Position numbers and translations under genes: made by a program. Of a DNA stretch of 64,000 nucleotides, positions 52,142 to 64,000 are shown one piece after another (the first letter of the stretch is position 1; the number at the start of each line of letters is the position of its first letter). Source of the stretch: Hyaloraphidium curvatum SAG 235-1 (lineage: Eukaryota > Fungi > Monoblepharomycota); the NCBI GenBank assembly GCA_025558095.1, contig JAIVFI010000042.1:310001-374000 (forward strand), given 5' to 3'. The notes under the pieces were generated by a model, which did not search any database, was not told where the DNA came from, and worked only from the letters and a program-made list of their open reading frames with translations.

Positions 52142-55100
52142 ATGGCCGCATCGAGCGGAGACGTGCCGCCGGCTGCTCTGCCGGTCGTGGCGCCGGGCCA
52201 CGCCGCGGACGCGCCGGCCGCGGCCGAGGAGGCTTCGCTCGCGAGCACCGCGGCCCAGGACCAGCCTGTTGCCACCGCTACCGCTCCGGGCCCCGTTGTG
52301 GAACCTGCCAGGGCGGCTACCGGTGGTGGTGTCGACACCGTTGCGGTCCAGGCGACTGCTACCGACGTGGACGCCGTCAACCCTGAGCTGCTCAAAGCGG
52401 CCGCGGAAGAGGACGCTCCTGTGGTCCAAAAGACGATCTGGGAAGAAGTCAAGGATTACCTCAAGCCCAGCGGTCGGCAGGCGGAGCTGTCGAAGGCCGC
52501 CAAGGTCTCGTTCGCCTCCCTGTTCCGCTACAGCGACTCCTGGGACCGATTCTTGATGTTCGTGGGCATCATCGCCGCCATGGCCGCCGGCGGCTCCCAA
52601 ATCTACGTCGCCCTGGGCATCGGCGACGTCACGCAGCCGCTCATCCAGTACTCGCCGATTTGCGATGATCCCGAAGAATACGCGGCCTGGCAGGCCGCGA
52701 ACCCCGGGTTCCCGCTACCGCCCATTGACCAGTGCAATCTCGCCTACCTGAACGCGGGAATGCTGAGAGGAGTGATCCAGTTCGCTATCCTTGGCGCCAT
52801 TTCCTTCACCGCAAATTTCATCTACAATCTCTGTTGGCAACGGGCCGGCGAGCGCCAGTCGAAGCGCATCCGGGAGATGTACCTGGAAGCTCTACTCCGG
52901 CAAGAGATCGCCTGGCATGACGGCAAGGACGCCGGGGAGCTGGTTACCAGAATCTCCGGGGACGTCAACTTGATTCAGGAAGGCATCTCGGAGAAGGTCG
53001 CGGCCATCGTCAGCTACGTGACCGTCTTCATCGGTAAAGCTTCGATGACGAGTCCGTTCTGGTTGTAGCTTATTCGTTCGTCTTCCTATCAGGTGGTATC
53101 GTCATCGCGTTCGTGAGGGGTTCGTGGCGTCCATCTGCTTCCGCGACGCACCGTGGCTTAACCAATCGTCGCAATAGGCTGGCAAATGGCTCTCGTTGTC
53201 ATCGCAGTGGTGAGAAGACCTGGAAAGTCGCGTGAATGAAGCCTGACCGGTTCCGTCAGTTTCCGCTTTTGGCTGGCGCGGGTGCCATGATGGGTATTCT
53301 CCTCAGCAAAGGGACGACTGGGGGCCAGGAATCGTACTCCAGGGCCGGATCCGTTGCTCAGGAGGCCCTTCAAAGCGTGCGTACCGTGCAGGCCTTCGGC
53401 AGGGAGGAGACGGAATCCAGCAAGTACGAGGCCGAGCTGGACCAGGCCGAGCGGAAGGGCAAGATCAACGGGTTCATCCAGGGGATCGGACTCGGCACTC
53501 TGTTCTGTATCCTTTTCTGCATCGAGGGTCTCGCTTTTTGGTACGGCTCTACGCTGATTGGTGGGTTGCTCGCGGCCGTCTGTCTCCAAGCCACGGTCTT
53601 CAACCTCTTTCCCACGCTCAGAATCGGGAACGTACGACGCCGCCCAGGTGCTTTCGGTCTTTTTTGCCCTGCTCTTTGGTTCTTTCACCGTCGCCAACAT
53701 CGCGCCGAATCTGAGCGCGCTTGGAGTCGCGCAGGGCGCCGCTTTCGAGATCTTCAACACCATCGAGAGGCACAGCGAGATTGATGCGCTGTCGTCCGCT
53801 GGTCTTTCGGCGGCGAACCTTCGCGGGGACTTTGAGCTGCGCAACGTGGACTTCTTCTACCCCACCCGCCCTGAATACCAAGTACTCAAGAACTTTTCGC
53901 TCACCATCCGCGCCGGCACCATGGTCGCCCTCGTCGGCGGCTCCGGATCGGGCAAATCGACCGTCATCAAGCTGTTGAACCGCTTCTATGACCCTCAAGT
54001 CGGGGAGGTGCAGGTCGACGGCCGGAACATCAAGGACTACAACGTGCGCTCACTCCGGAGCAAGATCGGTATCGTCAGCCAGGAACCCGTTTTATTTGAT
54101 ATGACAATTCGATCAAACATCGAAATGGGGCTCGAGAGCACGTCGGCGTTCTCCAAGGAGGAGCTGCACAAGATGGTGGTGGAGGCGGCCGAGATCGCCA
54201 ACGCTAGGGAGTTTATCGAGGCGCTGCCAGAAGGCTATGACACGCACGTGGGCTCCGGGATGCTTTCTGGGGGCCAGAAGTGCGTGCATTTGGTCGCGAC
54301 GCGGGTTCCTCGCTGACACTTGGCGGACAGGCAACGCGTCGCCATCGCGAGGGCCATCATTTCCAATCCGAGCGTGCTCCTGCTTGACGAGTAAGATAAC
54401 GCTGTACACTCTTTCAAGGATGCTGACGTCGCCATGTGGCTCGCAGGGCCACTTCGGCACTCGACACCACGGCGGAGCGGATTGTGCAAGCTGCTTTGGA
54501 CAACGCATCTAAAAGCCGGACGACGATCGTCGTTGGTGCGTCCTTTCTTGTGCCTAGTTCTCACTCCATTGGCCAATACCCATTGTCTTTGGACAGCGCA
54601 CCGGCTTTCCACGATCAAGAACTCGGACGTGATCGTGGTCATGGAGCAGGGCCAGATCATCGAGAGCGGCAACCACGAGGAGCTCGTGGCCAAGGGAGGC
54701 GTCTACGCGGGCATGGTGCAAGCCCAGGCACTTCGCAACCGCGTCACCGACCGCCGCCAGAGCAAGGCGATCTCATCGCGGGTGCCCACGAACGGGTCCA
54801 TCGGCAAGGACAACGCCTTTTACCGGAGGGTTTCGAGCGCGTTCCTGGCCAGCACAACCATTGCCCAGCCGATCGCCAACCAGGCGCAGCTCGCAGCGAG
54901 CGCCATCCTGCCTGCCGCAGCCCTTCTGCCGCTCGAGGGAGTCCCCATTACTTCCGGAGAGGACGAAGATCTACTTGACGATACGACCGAAGAAGAGGAG
55001 GCTGACCATGACGAGCCACTTGATGGCGGAGCTCCCGGCACCGAGGCGGTCGTGGACATGAACGGTGCCAACGACGTCGAGATGGAGAAGCTCAAGATCA

Positions 55101-57513
55101 AGCGCAGTCGGACCGCCCAAAGTGCGGCGGAGATGCGCAGGCTGCAGGAGGAGGAGAAGGAGCGGAAGCAGAAGGAGAAGGAGGAGCGTATGAAGAAGCA
55201 GCCTGCCCCCTGGGGACGCCTGGCGCGCCTTAACGCGCCCGAGTGGAAGTGGCTCGTGCTCGGCGCCATCGGAGCGATCATCAACGGCGCCATCCAACCC
55301 GTTTTCGCCCTCGGTGAGGCCAGCCAGATGTCGGATCGGAGAAGCTCCCTGACTCAGGGATTTGCAGTGTTTGCCAACATTACTAGCGTCTTTGCCCCAT
55401 TCAACCCGAATCTGCGCTCGGAAGCAAACTTCTGGAGCGGGATGTTTGCCGTTCTCGGCGTTATTCAGCTTATTGCTTGGGTCCTTCAAGGTTTGTCGGC
55501 GCGAGGGTTCCCACTCGACCTCGAACTAATTCAAAACCCGCTCAGTCGGCTTCTTCACAATGTCGGGCGAAGCAATGACGCGTCGCGTCCGTGCTGACTA
55601 CTTCCGGACTCTTCTTCGCTCCGATATTGGCTTCCTCGACGACCCAGCGAACTCGTCGGGAATCCTCACCGCACGCCTCGCTACCGAAGCTACCGAGGTC
55701 AAGGGCCTTACCGGCCAGCTCCTGGGCTCTATCCTCCAAGTTGTGGTCTCGCTCGTTGCTGGCATCGCCATCGCGTTCGCCAACTCGTGGCAGGTCGCGC
55801 TGGTTGTTTTGGCGTGCGTGCCTGTGCTGGTTGCCGCTTCGGCCATCGACATGTCGATCCAGGCCGGCAACACCGGTGTCGCAAAGGAGCTGTACGTGAA
55901 CTCCAACGCCATCGCCACGGAAGCCGTGTCGGAAATTCGAACCGTGTCGGGTCTGGCGAAGAATCAGTACTTCCAGGAGACGTACAAGGCGGCGCTGGTG
56001 AAGCCACACGAGCGGATCCTCAAGGGCACGTGGTCCAAGTCCTTCGCGGCGGGGTTCTCTCAGGGCGGTTTCTTCCTTGTCTGGTGCCTCGCCTACTACG
56101 CGTCGGGACGGTTCGTCGGCAATGGGACCAACACGGCCCTGCAGGTGCAGACCGCTATTTTTGCTATCATCTTCGCAGCTTTGGCCGTCGGCCAGGCCTC
56201 TACGTTTGCTCCGAACATCGTGAAGGTAGTTGTATCCCAGTAGCTATGCGCGACTGGCTTTTGACCCGCCGAACATCGTCAGGCGAAGCTGGCAGCGCTC
56301 TCCATTTTTGAAACCATGGACCGGACGCCCCGCGTCGACGCCGCCTCCGCCTCTGGCAAGGCGGTGGATCAAGTCGAGGGCAACTTCAAGTTCCAGGGGG
56401 TTACCTTTAACTACCCAACGCGGCCCGAAGCACAGGTGCTCAAGGGTGTGGACCTGGAAGGCTTCAAGGGGCAGACGGTCGCGCTGGTCGGGCCCTCGGG
56501 TTCGGGGAAGAGGTGGGGCAGGATTGTTCTTTGATTGTCCGAGTTGGGATTACTGATTGCTTTCGTCATTGCTTCGCAGCACGATCATCCAGCTCCTTGA
56601 AAGGTTCTACGATATCATGGGCGGTTCAGCTTCCCTCGAATCCCTCGAGATCCGCAACTGGAACGTCCGCCGTCTCCGCGAATCCATGGCACTAGTACAG
56701 CAGGAGCCCGCCCTGTTGGGGGGGTCGATCCAGGACAACATCGCGTACGGCAAGCCGCCGACGCAGGCCCCGGCCACCATGGCCGAGATCGAGGCCGCGG
56801 CGCGGATGGCCAACGCCCACGACTTTATCATGGGGCTGCCGCAGGGGTACAAGACCAAGGTCGGGGCGAAGGGAGGGCTGCTTTCCGGGGGGCAGAAGTG
56901 GGTGTTTCGCAACCGAAACCGAGGGGATGCAGGTTCTGATCGCCGCGTCCTCGCAGGCAACGTGTCGCCATCGCCCGCGCGCTCATCCGCAACCCTCGCC
57001 TGCTGCTTCTCGACGAGGCGACGGCCGCGTTGGAGTGGGTCGCCAACCCGGGCCGCGCCGTCCCGCACACTGACCTCCGACTCCCCTCCTCCTCCGACCC
57101 CCCGCCCCGCCCTCCGATCCCCGTCCGCCCTCCAATTCCCCTTCTTAGCGCCAAGTCGGAGAGGGTCGTCCAGGATGCGCTCGACAAGGCGCGCACGGGG
57201 CGGACGACAATCACGATCGCCCACAGGCTGTGGGTTTTCCACATCCGCAGCACCGGGCGACCCACTGACCGTGCCGTGGCAGCTCCACGATTCAAGATGC
57301 GGACGCCATATGGGTTTTCAAGCTCGGTCGTGTCATCGGTGGGTTCTCGCTGGTGTTGCTGCTATTGCGGCCGAGCGAGCTGATCCGGTCCCCTGGCCCG
57401 CAGAGCACGGCAAGCACGACGAACTCCTCGCGCTCAACGGGCAGTACGCCGAGCTGGTTACCCAGCAGTCGCTTGCGTCCAAGGCGGTCGAGGAGGACGC
57501 CAAGGACAAGTGA
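52142..57513 (+). CDS. ABCB/MDR (P-glycoprotein-like) full-size ABC transporter, multi-exon
   Basis: [50 protein letters not shown] twice, GPSGSGK, IAHRL. Confidence 0.93.
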
Positions 57514-57651
57514 GCCGGCGCGGGGGGGCGGGCGGCGGGGACGGATAGACCATAGAGCTGAGCCGCATTGTTTCTTCTTCATTCTGGGAATGGCAGAGGT
57601 TTCGCATCTTCATCCGCTCCAGATCCCGTCCGTAGGTCCCCCGCTCTCCAA

Positions 57652-58725
57652 TCACTCGCACTTGTCCTTCAGCTCGCAGTACTCGTCCGGCTTCCGCAGG
57701 ATGAAGAAGAACACCCCCGCTCCCACCGGAGCTCCGACGAAAGGGGCCACAACGTAGACCCACCAAGCGTCCTGCGGCCCCGGTATCGCTGCGGCGCCCC
57801 ACCCCGCGATGTAGGCCACCACGCGCGTCCCAAAGTCCCTGGCGGGGTTGAACCCCGCCTGCGAGATCGGCGCTAGGGTGCAGATAAGCGCCGTGACGGT
57901 CAGCCCGATGAGCATGGGCGCGAACTGCTGCGAGAGACTGGTGTTGCATCTGTCCGTGAGCGCCACGATGACGTAGCACAGGATCGCGGTGCCCAGCGCC
58001 TCGGCGAAGAAGGCCTGCCCCGGGCCGATGAGCTGCGCCTGGGTCGGGAAGGCGAAGCTCGCCGGGGCCGAGGAGCGGAGGCCGGTGTACACGGCCTGGT
58101 TGGGGAAGTACTGCGGCAGAACCATGGCCGAGAGGGCCGACTCGGGGGTGCCCTTGACGATGCCGTTGGTGGCGTCGAAGAGGTCGATGTAGGGGTAGTA
58201 CATTGCCCAGTTGAGCAGGCCGGCGACGAAGGCGCCGAGGAACTGCGCGAGGAAGTAGCCCGGCACGCGGGCCCAGGGGAAGCCCGAGTAGCGCTTGAAG
58301 AGCGCGAACATGAACGTCACGGCGGGGTTCAAATGGGCGCCCGAGACGCTCGCGGTCGTGTAGATGGACAGCGCGACGCCGATGCCCCACACGATGGCGA
58401 CCTGGCCGGTGCCGACCAGAGAACCGGTCAGCACGCCGGCCGAGACGGCCATGATGCCAAACAGCGTGAGCGTGAGGGTGCCGAGGAACTCGCCGGCGTA
58501 CGGCAGCAGGAAGCGGCGCCACTCGCGCGGCCCGGCGTCGAGCGGCTCGGCGTCCAGCGGCTCGGCGGCCGGCGCGGTGGTCGCCTCGTTGCGCTCGTGG
58601 TGGTGGTGGTGCGGCTCGGCGCGGTCGTGGTGCGCGAGCGGCGCCGCCGACGCGAACGACGCCATCGGCGCCATGTCGAAGCCCGAATCGACGGGACTCG
58701 TCGCCGCGGAGATTATCGCAGCCAT
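57652..58725 (-). CDS. Aquaglyceroporin (GlpF-type MIP channel), intronless
   Basis: GEFLGT, SGAHLNPAVT, AEALGT, AGFNPARDFG (NPARD marks the glyceroporin subfamily); start at 58725 or 58674. Confidence 0.93.
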   Translation of the reverse strand: MAAIISAATSPVDSGFDMAPMASFASAAPLAHHDRAEPHHHHHERNEATTAPAAEPLDAEPLDAGPREWRRFLLPYAGEFLGTLTLTLFGIMAVSAGVLTGSLVGTGQVAIVWGIGVALSIYTTASVSGAHLNPAVTFMFALFKRYSGFPWARVPGYFLAQFLGAFVAGLLNWAMYYPYIDLFDATNGIVKGTPESALSAMVLPQYFPNQAVYTGLRSSAPASFAFPTQAQLIGPGQAFFAEALGTAILCYVIVALTDRCNTSLSQQFAPMLIGLTVTALICTLAPISQAGFNPARDFGTRVVAYIAGWGAAAIPGPQDAWWVYVVAPFVGAPVGAGVFFFILRKPDEYCELKDKCE

Positions 58726-58864
58726 CGTCGAGGCAGTTCAAGGTCTGGCCGCCTGGGTTTCGCTTCGATCGGGCTGGTGCTCCACGTGTTCCGATCACGA
58801 TTCTCAAGCAGAAACTGGTGTGGTGGCTAAAAGGCGGCTGCGAACCGGATTCTGTGGCGCGACG

Positions 58865-59545
58865 ATGGATGGCGTTTGGGACGACGTGGCTGCCGCAGCA
58901 GAGGCGCTGCCGGCCGAGCGGCGAGCCCGCCTCGACAAGGCCGCGGCCTTTGTTGCGTCCAAGGCCGCCGCTGGCTCCCCGGCGCCGCTCGTCTTCGTGT
59001 GCACCCACAACTCGAGACGCAGCCACCTCGGCCAAGTGCTCGCCGCTGCCGCCGCCGCCTACGTCGGCGTGCCCGGCGTGCAGACGCATTCGGCTGGCAC
59101 AGAGGCCACCGCGTTCAATGCCAACGCCGTGCGCGCCCTGGAGGCCAACGGCTGCTCCGTGCGGCCCTGCTCCTCGCGCGACGAGCTGCTCGCCGCCGTA
59201 CCCGTCCCGCAGGCCGCCGAGGGCGTCGACCTGGCCCCCCCGGGCAACCCCGTGCTGCTCGTCACTCACACCCCCGGCGCCAAGCCCTCGGTCTGCTTCT
59301 CGAAGACCCTGGACCACCCCTCCCTGCCCAAATCGGACTTTTGCGCGCTCATGACCTGCGACTCGGCGGACGCCGCGTGCCCGGTGATCAAGGGCGCCGC
59401 CGCGAGGGTTGCCATCCCCTACACGGACCCCAAGGCGTCGGACGGCACCGGGAAGGAAGCGCAAGTGTACTCGGACAAGGTGCGCGAGATCGCCGCCGAG
59501 ATGTTGTACCTGATGCGGGAGGCGAAGAAGGCGGCGGCTGCGTGA
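58865..59545 (+). CDS. arsC: Arsenate reductase, LMW-PTP fold, thioredoxin-coupled type, intronless
   Basis: P-loop VFVCTHNSRRSH (CX5R), HSAGTEA, resolving pair MTCDSADAACP (CX6C), DP motif in YTDPK. Confidence 0.8.
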   Translation: MDGVWDDVAAAAEALPAERRARLDKAAAFVASKAAAGSPAPLVFVCTHNSRRSHLGQVLAAAAAAYVGVPGVQTHSAGTEATAFNANAVRALEANGCSVRPCSSRDELLAAVPVPQAAEGVDLAPPGNPVLLVTHTPGAKPSVCFSKTLDHPSLPKSDFCALMTCDSADAACPVIKGAAARVAIPYTDPKASDGTGKEAQVYSDKVREIAAEMLYLMREAKKAAAA

Positions 59546-60753
59546 GGAGGCGAGCGAGGAGGGTGGTTCTTTGGTGGCGTGCGTTCGCGGCCCAGGTCGA
59601 GCGCTGCGGGCCGCGGAGTCGCCGCAGGACGTGCGGTCGTATACAGGCGGGGCCGCAGCGCCAATGATTGCTACGTATCGCAAGTCCTCAAGCATTGGAT
59701 TGGCACGAGCCTCCGACGCGTCCGGTCCGTTTGCCCCCCGCACCAGAGAGCCACTTGCAGACCGGTGGACCCGTTCCAAGTAAGCCACCAGCGACCGGCG
59801 GCAGCGTTTTTCATTCCTCGCGATCCGACATCATAGAGTTCTGCGGTGAAGCCGGGCACGTGCTGCCCCGATGGCGTCGGAAGCGGCGATGGGTCGATGG
59901 GTTCCGAGTCCCGAAAAGGGTCCGCCCGGTGATCGGATCAGCGGATCAGCGCACCTGCTTCCCCTCACGGAACCCCCGGAAACGACCATGCCGCGCACGT
60001 ACCACGCGTCGTTCGGCCGTCGCCTCGTGCTCACTCCGCGGCCGAGGGCCAAGGTGCGCGCGGAGCCGGCCAAGGCGCGCCGGGAGTACGAGGCCGAGGA
60101 GGGTCTAGCGCGGACCGCGTCGAGCGTCCTGAGGGCGCTTGGACTCGACGATGGGGATGGGAACGGGCTTCTTGAGGACATGGACTCGCGAATTGAGGGG
60201 CGGGAACGGGTGGGCCGGGGGTAGCCTGCGAGAAAGCAGCTGCGGGGCGCCGTGAGAGCTCATGCTGCAGGCGCCGATCGTCCGGGCACGCCGGATCATC
60301 GCGCCCGAGAAGCAGACGATGCCGCCCCAGTAGGCCGGCGCAGACCGAGGTCTGCCCTCGACGGACATGGGACCAGAAGTCCGACTTCCGACTCCGCACA
60401 GCCATTAGGACATCGCCCTCGGAGGCTGCGATTCGCCGAACCCAGGCAATGCCGCTCCCTTCTTTTTGGCCCTACTATCGATGTTTGTCATTCTTTCGAC
60501 TGGATTCTGCCACACATTCGATGTTGCTCTCGGTCGTACGCCGCGTTCGTCGTGACGCTAGCGACCATGATAGTCCGGATCTTCTCCCCTGCCCTACTCA
60601 TGCGGCCCGACGTGGCGTTGCCACTCTCTCCTCCTTCGATCTCTCCACCTGCTCCTTGGCTTCAGCGGCGGTGGGTACGGCCCCCATCTTCGTCCGCGTG
60701 TGGGGAGATCGGCACGACGTGCATGCCCAAACGGGCATGGCCCAACAGCTCAA

Positions 60754-60801
60754 CCGAGTCCGAATCCAAGTTCGAGTCCGAATCCGAGTCCGAATCCGAG
60801 T
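60754..60801. repeat. Degenerate hexamer microsatellite (CCGART)n, about 8 units
   Basis: ccgagtccgaatccaagttcgagtccgaatccgagtccgaatccgagt. Confidence 0.8.
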
Positions 60802-61826
60802 ACGTAAACTGAATCGCTTGTCAGCTCGTTGTACTCGTCGGGGTATTCCCGTTGCTCTCGAGGCAGTTCCCGATGTCGTGGCTTTGTGAGTTAGAGGGAG
60901 CGGGTGCCGCAGTACGAGACGCAGGCGACGCACTCCTCAGGCGTTCCGGGATAACCGAACTCGCTGGCGGTTCAGAAAACCAGCGGCCGACGCGGGATCC
61001 GGTGCGCCGGGAGGCGGCGAGAAGCGGGAGCAGGCACAGCGGCGTGGAATTCATTGTTCGTGAGAGAGCGGCGGACGCGTTACTGTAGGAGGAGCGCGAT
61101 CCGTTGTCTGTGTCCTTTGTGAGTCGATGAAGGCAGGGTCCCTTCGCTCCTCGGGGGTCGGGGCTCTGAAACATCCGAACACTCTCCGCAGGCCACTCGG
61201 GCGCCGAGACCGGCACCGTACGAACCCCCGAGCAGTCCACCATCGTACTACGCCGTTTTCGTGTCTACACGGGCGACGCAGCCCGCAGAAACAGTCTTCC
61301 GCGAACAATCCCGTTGACGTCAGAGTCGGAACGGCCCGATCCGTCGGGGCGGTGCGGAAGACCCTATCCAGCCGGCTCCGGCATGATCGTCCCATACTCT
61401 TTGCTTCTTCAGCGGTGTTCGGGAGCGCGGGAGCGGGCCGGCGTGGGGGCGGGGGAGTGAGGTCCGTCAAAGATGCGGGCTCCGCAAGGGACGCGCAGTG
61501 CCCGGGCCCGGAAAGCAGAGCTCCACATATTATCCTTTGTGTTTTTGAGGCTTACCATGCCCAACGGTAGGGTAAGCGAGTTGCTCACCAAAGTGGCCGA
61601 CGAGGGGCCGGAGAGGGGCGAGCGCGGCAGGTGATTGGCGGGGACAATGGGAACGGACGCCGTCCAAAAGAATGAGATTCTTCCGAGACGGATGCCCGTT
61701 CTAACCATATTCCATTCGTGTCCAGTATCTTGACTCTGATAAGCGCTGACGGAGGACATTGCGCCACGGCGGGCGGCAATTGCCACACCGCGACACCCCG
61801 TTTTTTCTCGGGCTCCCTTTTCGCCG

Positions 61827-62522
61827 ATGCGCACCCTCCCGCTCCTCCTGGGCGCGTGCGCAGCGCTCCTCCTCCTCTTGCTGCTCCGCGGCGCGGGCGC
61901 GGGCGCGCGCAACGCGCTGGGGTACCGCACGCCGGGGCTGACTGCGGACGCCATCGCGGCGCGCGTGTCGGCGCGCGGGCCCGAGCTGCTGCTCGTGCGG
62001 CGGCGGTGGCCGCCGTTCCGCGGGATGTGGGCGTTCCCGGGCGGCTTCGTCGAGTACGGCGAGGACCCGCGCGCCGCGGCCGTGCGCGAGCTGCGCGAGG
62101 AGACCGGCATGGCGGTGGCCGCGCGCGACGGCGACGTGGCCGAGCGGGACGCCGCGGCGCGCGCGCCCGAGGACGCTGAGAGGGAGCTGGAGCGGACGGC
62201 GCGGCTGGTCGACGTCAACGGCTCGCCGGACGCCGACCCGCGCGGCCACGCCGTGTCGATCGTCTACGCCGTGCGGACGCCGCGGTTCCTGCCCGGCGAC
62301 CTGGTGTCGGGCTCGAGGGAAGCGCGCAGGCGGTTTCTGGACGCGCTGAGGCCGCGCGACGATGCCGCCGAGGTCGGCTGGGTGGCGCTGGAGGACATCC
62401 AGAGCGGCAAGGAGAAGCTCGCGTTCGCGCACGGCGACACGGTGCTGGGACCGTGGATGGATTTCTGGGAGCGCGAGGGCAAGCTGGGGAAGGGCGACGA
62501 CGCGTGGTTCGTCGAAGTATAG
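61827..62522 (+). CDS. Nudix hydrolase with hydrophobic N-terminus, intronless
   Basis: WAFPGGFVEYGEDPRAAAVRELREETG Nudix box; DPRGHAVSIVY; LAFAH. Confidence 0.9.
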   Translation: MRTLPLLLGACAALLLLLLLRGAGAGARNALGYRTPGLTADAIAARVSARGPELLLVRRRWPPFRGMWAFPGGFVEYGEDPRAAAVRELREETGMAVAARDGDVAERDAAARAPEDAERELERTARLVDVNGSPDADPRGHAVSIVYAVRTPRFLPGDLVSGSREARRRFLDALRPRDDAAEVGWVALEDIQSGKEKLAFAHGDTVLGPWMDFWEREGKLGKGDDAWFVEV

Positions 62523-62865
62523 GCATGTGGAGAGAGTTATACCCCTCTTGGCGTTCCGATGTGCCGTTTTAGCCTATGCCCGTGGTGACTCTGGGGCCGG
62601 CACGGCAAGCCCGTGCAGATCGGGGCCCGGATCTATCCGTGAGCCATATCGCGCCGATCAAGGCACGCTGAAGTATGTCGATCGATCCTGTAACCGCCCT
62701 GAGGATGGTGTGATCGGGCGGCCGCAGGGGCAGGGCACGAGGCTAAATCTGCCCGCCCCGTCGGCCCTGAAACTCCAGGCACCGGTGTCCCCCTCCGGCC
62801 GCCCCATTTGCCATCGCCCCACCGCGTCGAGCCCTTCGGAGGCTCAGCAACTCGCCGAGCGCGCC

Positions 62866-64000
62866 ATGGCCGGAGGGCGCACGGACCCCGCGGCGACCGC
62901 CAACGCACGTGCGCCGCCCAAGTCCGCCACACCCCGCATCCCGACCCCCGCGGGCGACCCGGCCGGGCAGACCCCCGGGGACGAACTCAACGCGCGCACG
63001 CTCGCCCTGGGCGGCGAGCCGTGGCCGACATCGCGCTACTTCCGCTGGGAGTTCCTCTTTGGCGCCGCACTGTGCGCCAACTTTGCCCTGTTCTGGGCGC
63101 CCTCGCTGCTGCTGCAGGGGCAGTCGTGGCACCTCTTCTTCAAGCGGTTCCTGCAGCCCGTGTACGATGCCATGGACCGGTCGCCCGCCGTCCGCGGGTT
63201 CGCCGAGAGATACGTGTACTCGAAGCCGCAGCACGCCGACTTCTTCGTCACGACGGTCCTGATCACCGTGTCGACCGCGGTGTCGGCCGTCGCGCTGATC
63301 GCGATCCAGAACAAGCTGGGGTACCTGCCGTGGACCGTGCTGCTGCTCTACTACAACGTCTGGTGGGTCATCCGCGCGGCGCCTACCGGCGGTGCTGACC
63401 GCTTCGACTGCCAGGCTCGGTCTCGGCGGCCGCATGATGGGCGCCACCTACGCCCTGACCCACCGCGAGGCGCACACCCCCACCCTTTACCGCCGCTCGA
63501 TCCGCGACACCCTGGGCACCATCTCCAGCGACTGGGTCGGCCTCATGTACGGGAACGTCCCCGACCTCTTCGCCACCTCCCACATCTGGGTGCACCACAA
63601 GCTCAACGGCGCCCCGCCCGACACCATCTACATGTGGGACAACCCCCGCGACTCGCTCCGGGGTTTCGCCCTCTTCGTCACCCGGATGTTCCACAACCTC
63701 GCCGGCACCTCCTCGCTCCGCATCTTCGAGGTCAACAAGCGCCCCGCGCTGCACGCCAAGCTGCGCGCGGGGATGCTCAAGTTCTGGGTCTACACTCCGC
63801 TGGTCCTCCTCGTCCTCACGCGGAGCCCGTCGTTCCTGTTCTGGATCTGGCTCCAGCCGCTGCTCTGCATGACGGTGTTCCTGGCCGTCGTCAACGTGTC
63901 GCAGCACGCGTTTGTGGAGTACGACGAACAGGGGAAGCTGGTGCCCGCCGTGACCAGCATGACGGTGCTCGACGGGTGGGTGTCCACGGTGGGCTCGCGC
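62866..64000 (+). CDS. Membrane fatty-acid desaturase superfamily protein, runs off the window end (not in ORF track)
   Basis: ATG at 62866; intron about 63363-63414; His boxes HREAH and HIWVHH, later QHAF; multiple TM segments. Confidence 0.75.
   Translation, partial: MAGGRTDPAATANARAPPKSATPRIPTPAGDPAGQTPGDELNARTLALGGEPWPTSRYFRWEFLFGAALCANFALFWAPSLLLQGQSWHLFFKRFLQPVYDAMDRSPAVRGFAERYVYSKPQHADFFVTTVLITVSTAVSAVALIAIQNKLGYLPWTVLLLYYNVWWVIRAAPTGGADRFDCQARSRRPHDGRHLRPDPPRGAHPHPLPPLDPRHPGHHLQRLGRPHVRERPRPLRHLPHLGAPQAQRRPARHHLHVGQPPRLAPGFRPLRHPDVPQPRRHLLAPHLRGQQAPRAARQAARGDAQVLGLHSAGPPRPHAEPVVPVLDLAPAAALHDGVPGRRQRVAARVCGVRRTGEAGARRDQHDGARRVGVHGGLA

Noticed and set aside
57458-59788. 776-aa minus-strand ORF, and the 393-aa version of ArsC starting at 58364, as a channel-reductase fusion
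   Set aside because: Shadow frames of very GC-rich genes; the two real genes are on opposite strands.
60754-60801. CRISPR-like or telomeric array
   Set aside because: No spacers, and only a short degenerate microsatellite.

Overview
GC-rich eukaryotic DNA with short GT-AG introns and very tight gene spacing. The gene set (ChAP/exomer subunit, GPI-type chitin deacetylase, Vcx1, Uso1, Tfc4) points to a fungus, probably an early-diverging lineage (inference). About 18 host genes surround one gene-free retrotransposon island of about 17.3 kb (7.9-25.2 kb), which lies between two convergent, intronless GT61-type glycosyltransferase paralogues. The island is built mainly from one APE-RT LINE family with a (TTCTA)n tail. 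Its copies sit repeatedly inside older copies of the same family in the opposite orientation, and this produces a ~3.17 kb near-perfect inverted repeat. The family's ORF1 and ORF2 are in frame, separated by a single TAG, with no AUG before the endonuclease motifs. The island also holds a second LINE family and a decayed Ty1/copia element. Outside it, the main observations are a head-to-head, intronless pair of an aquaglyceroporin and a thioredoxin-type (bacterial-style) arsenate reductase, and a MITE-like inverted-repeat element in the ATXN3/ChAP shared promoter. Exon boundaries and starts were read by eye and are approximate.
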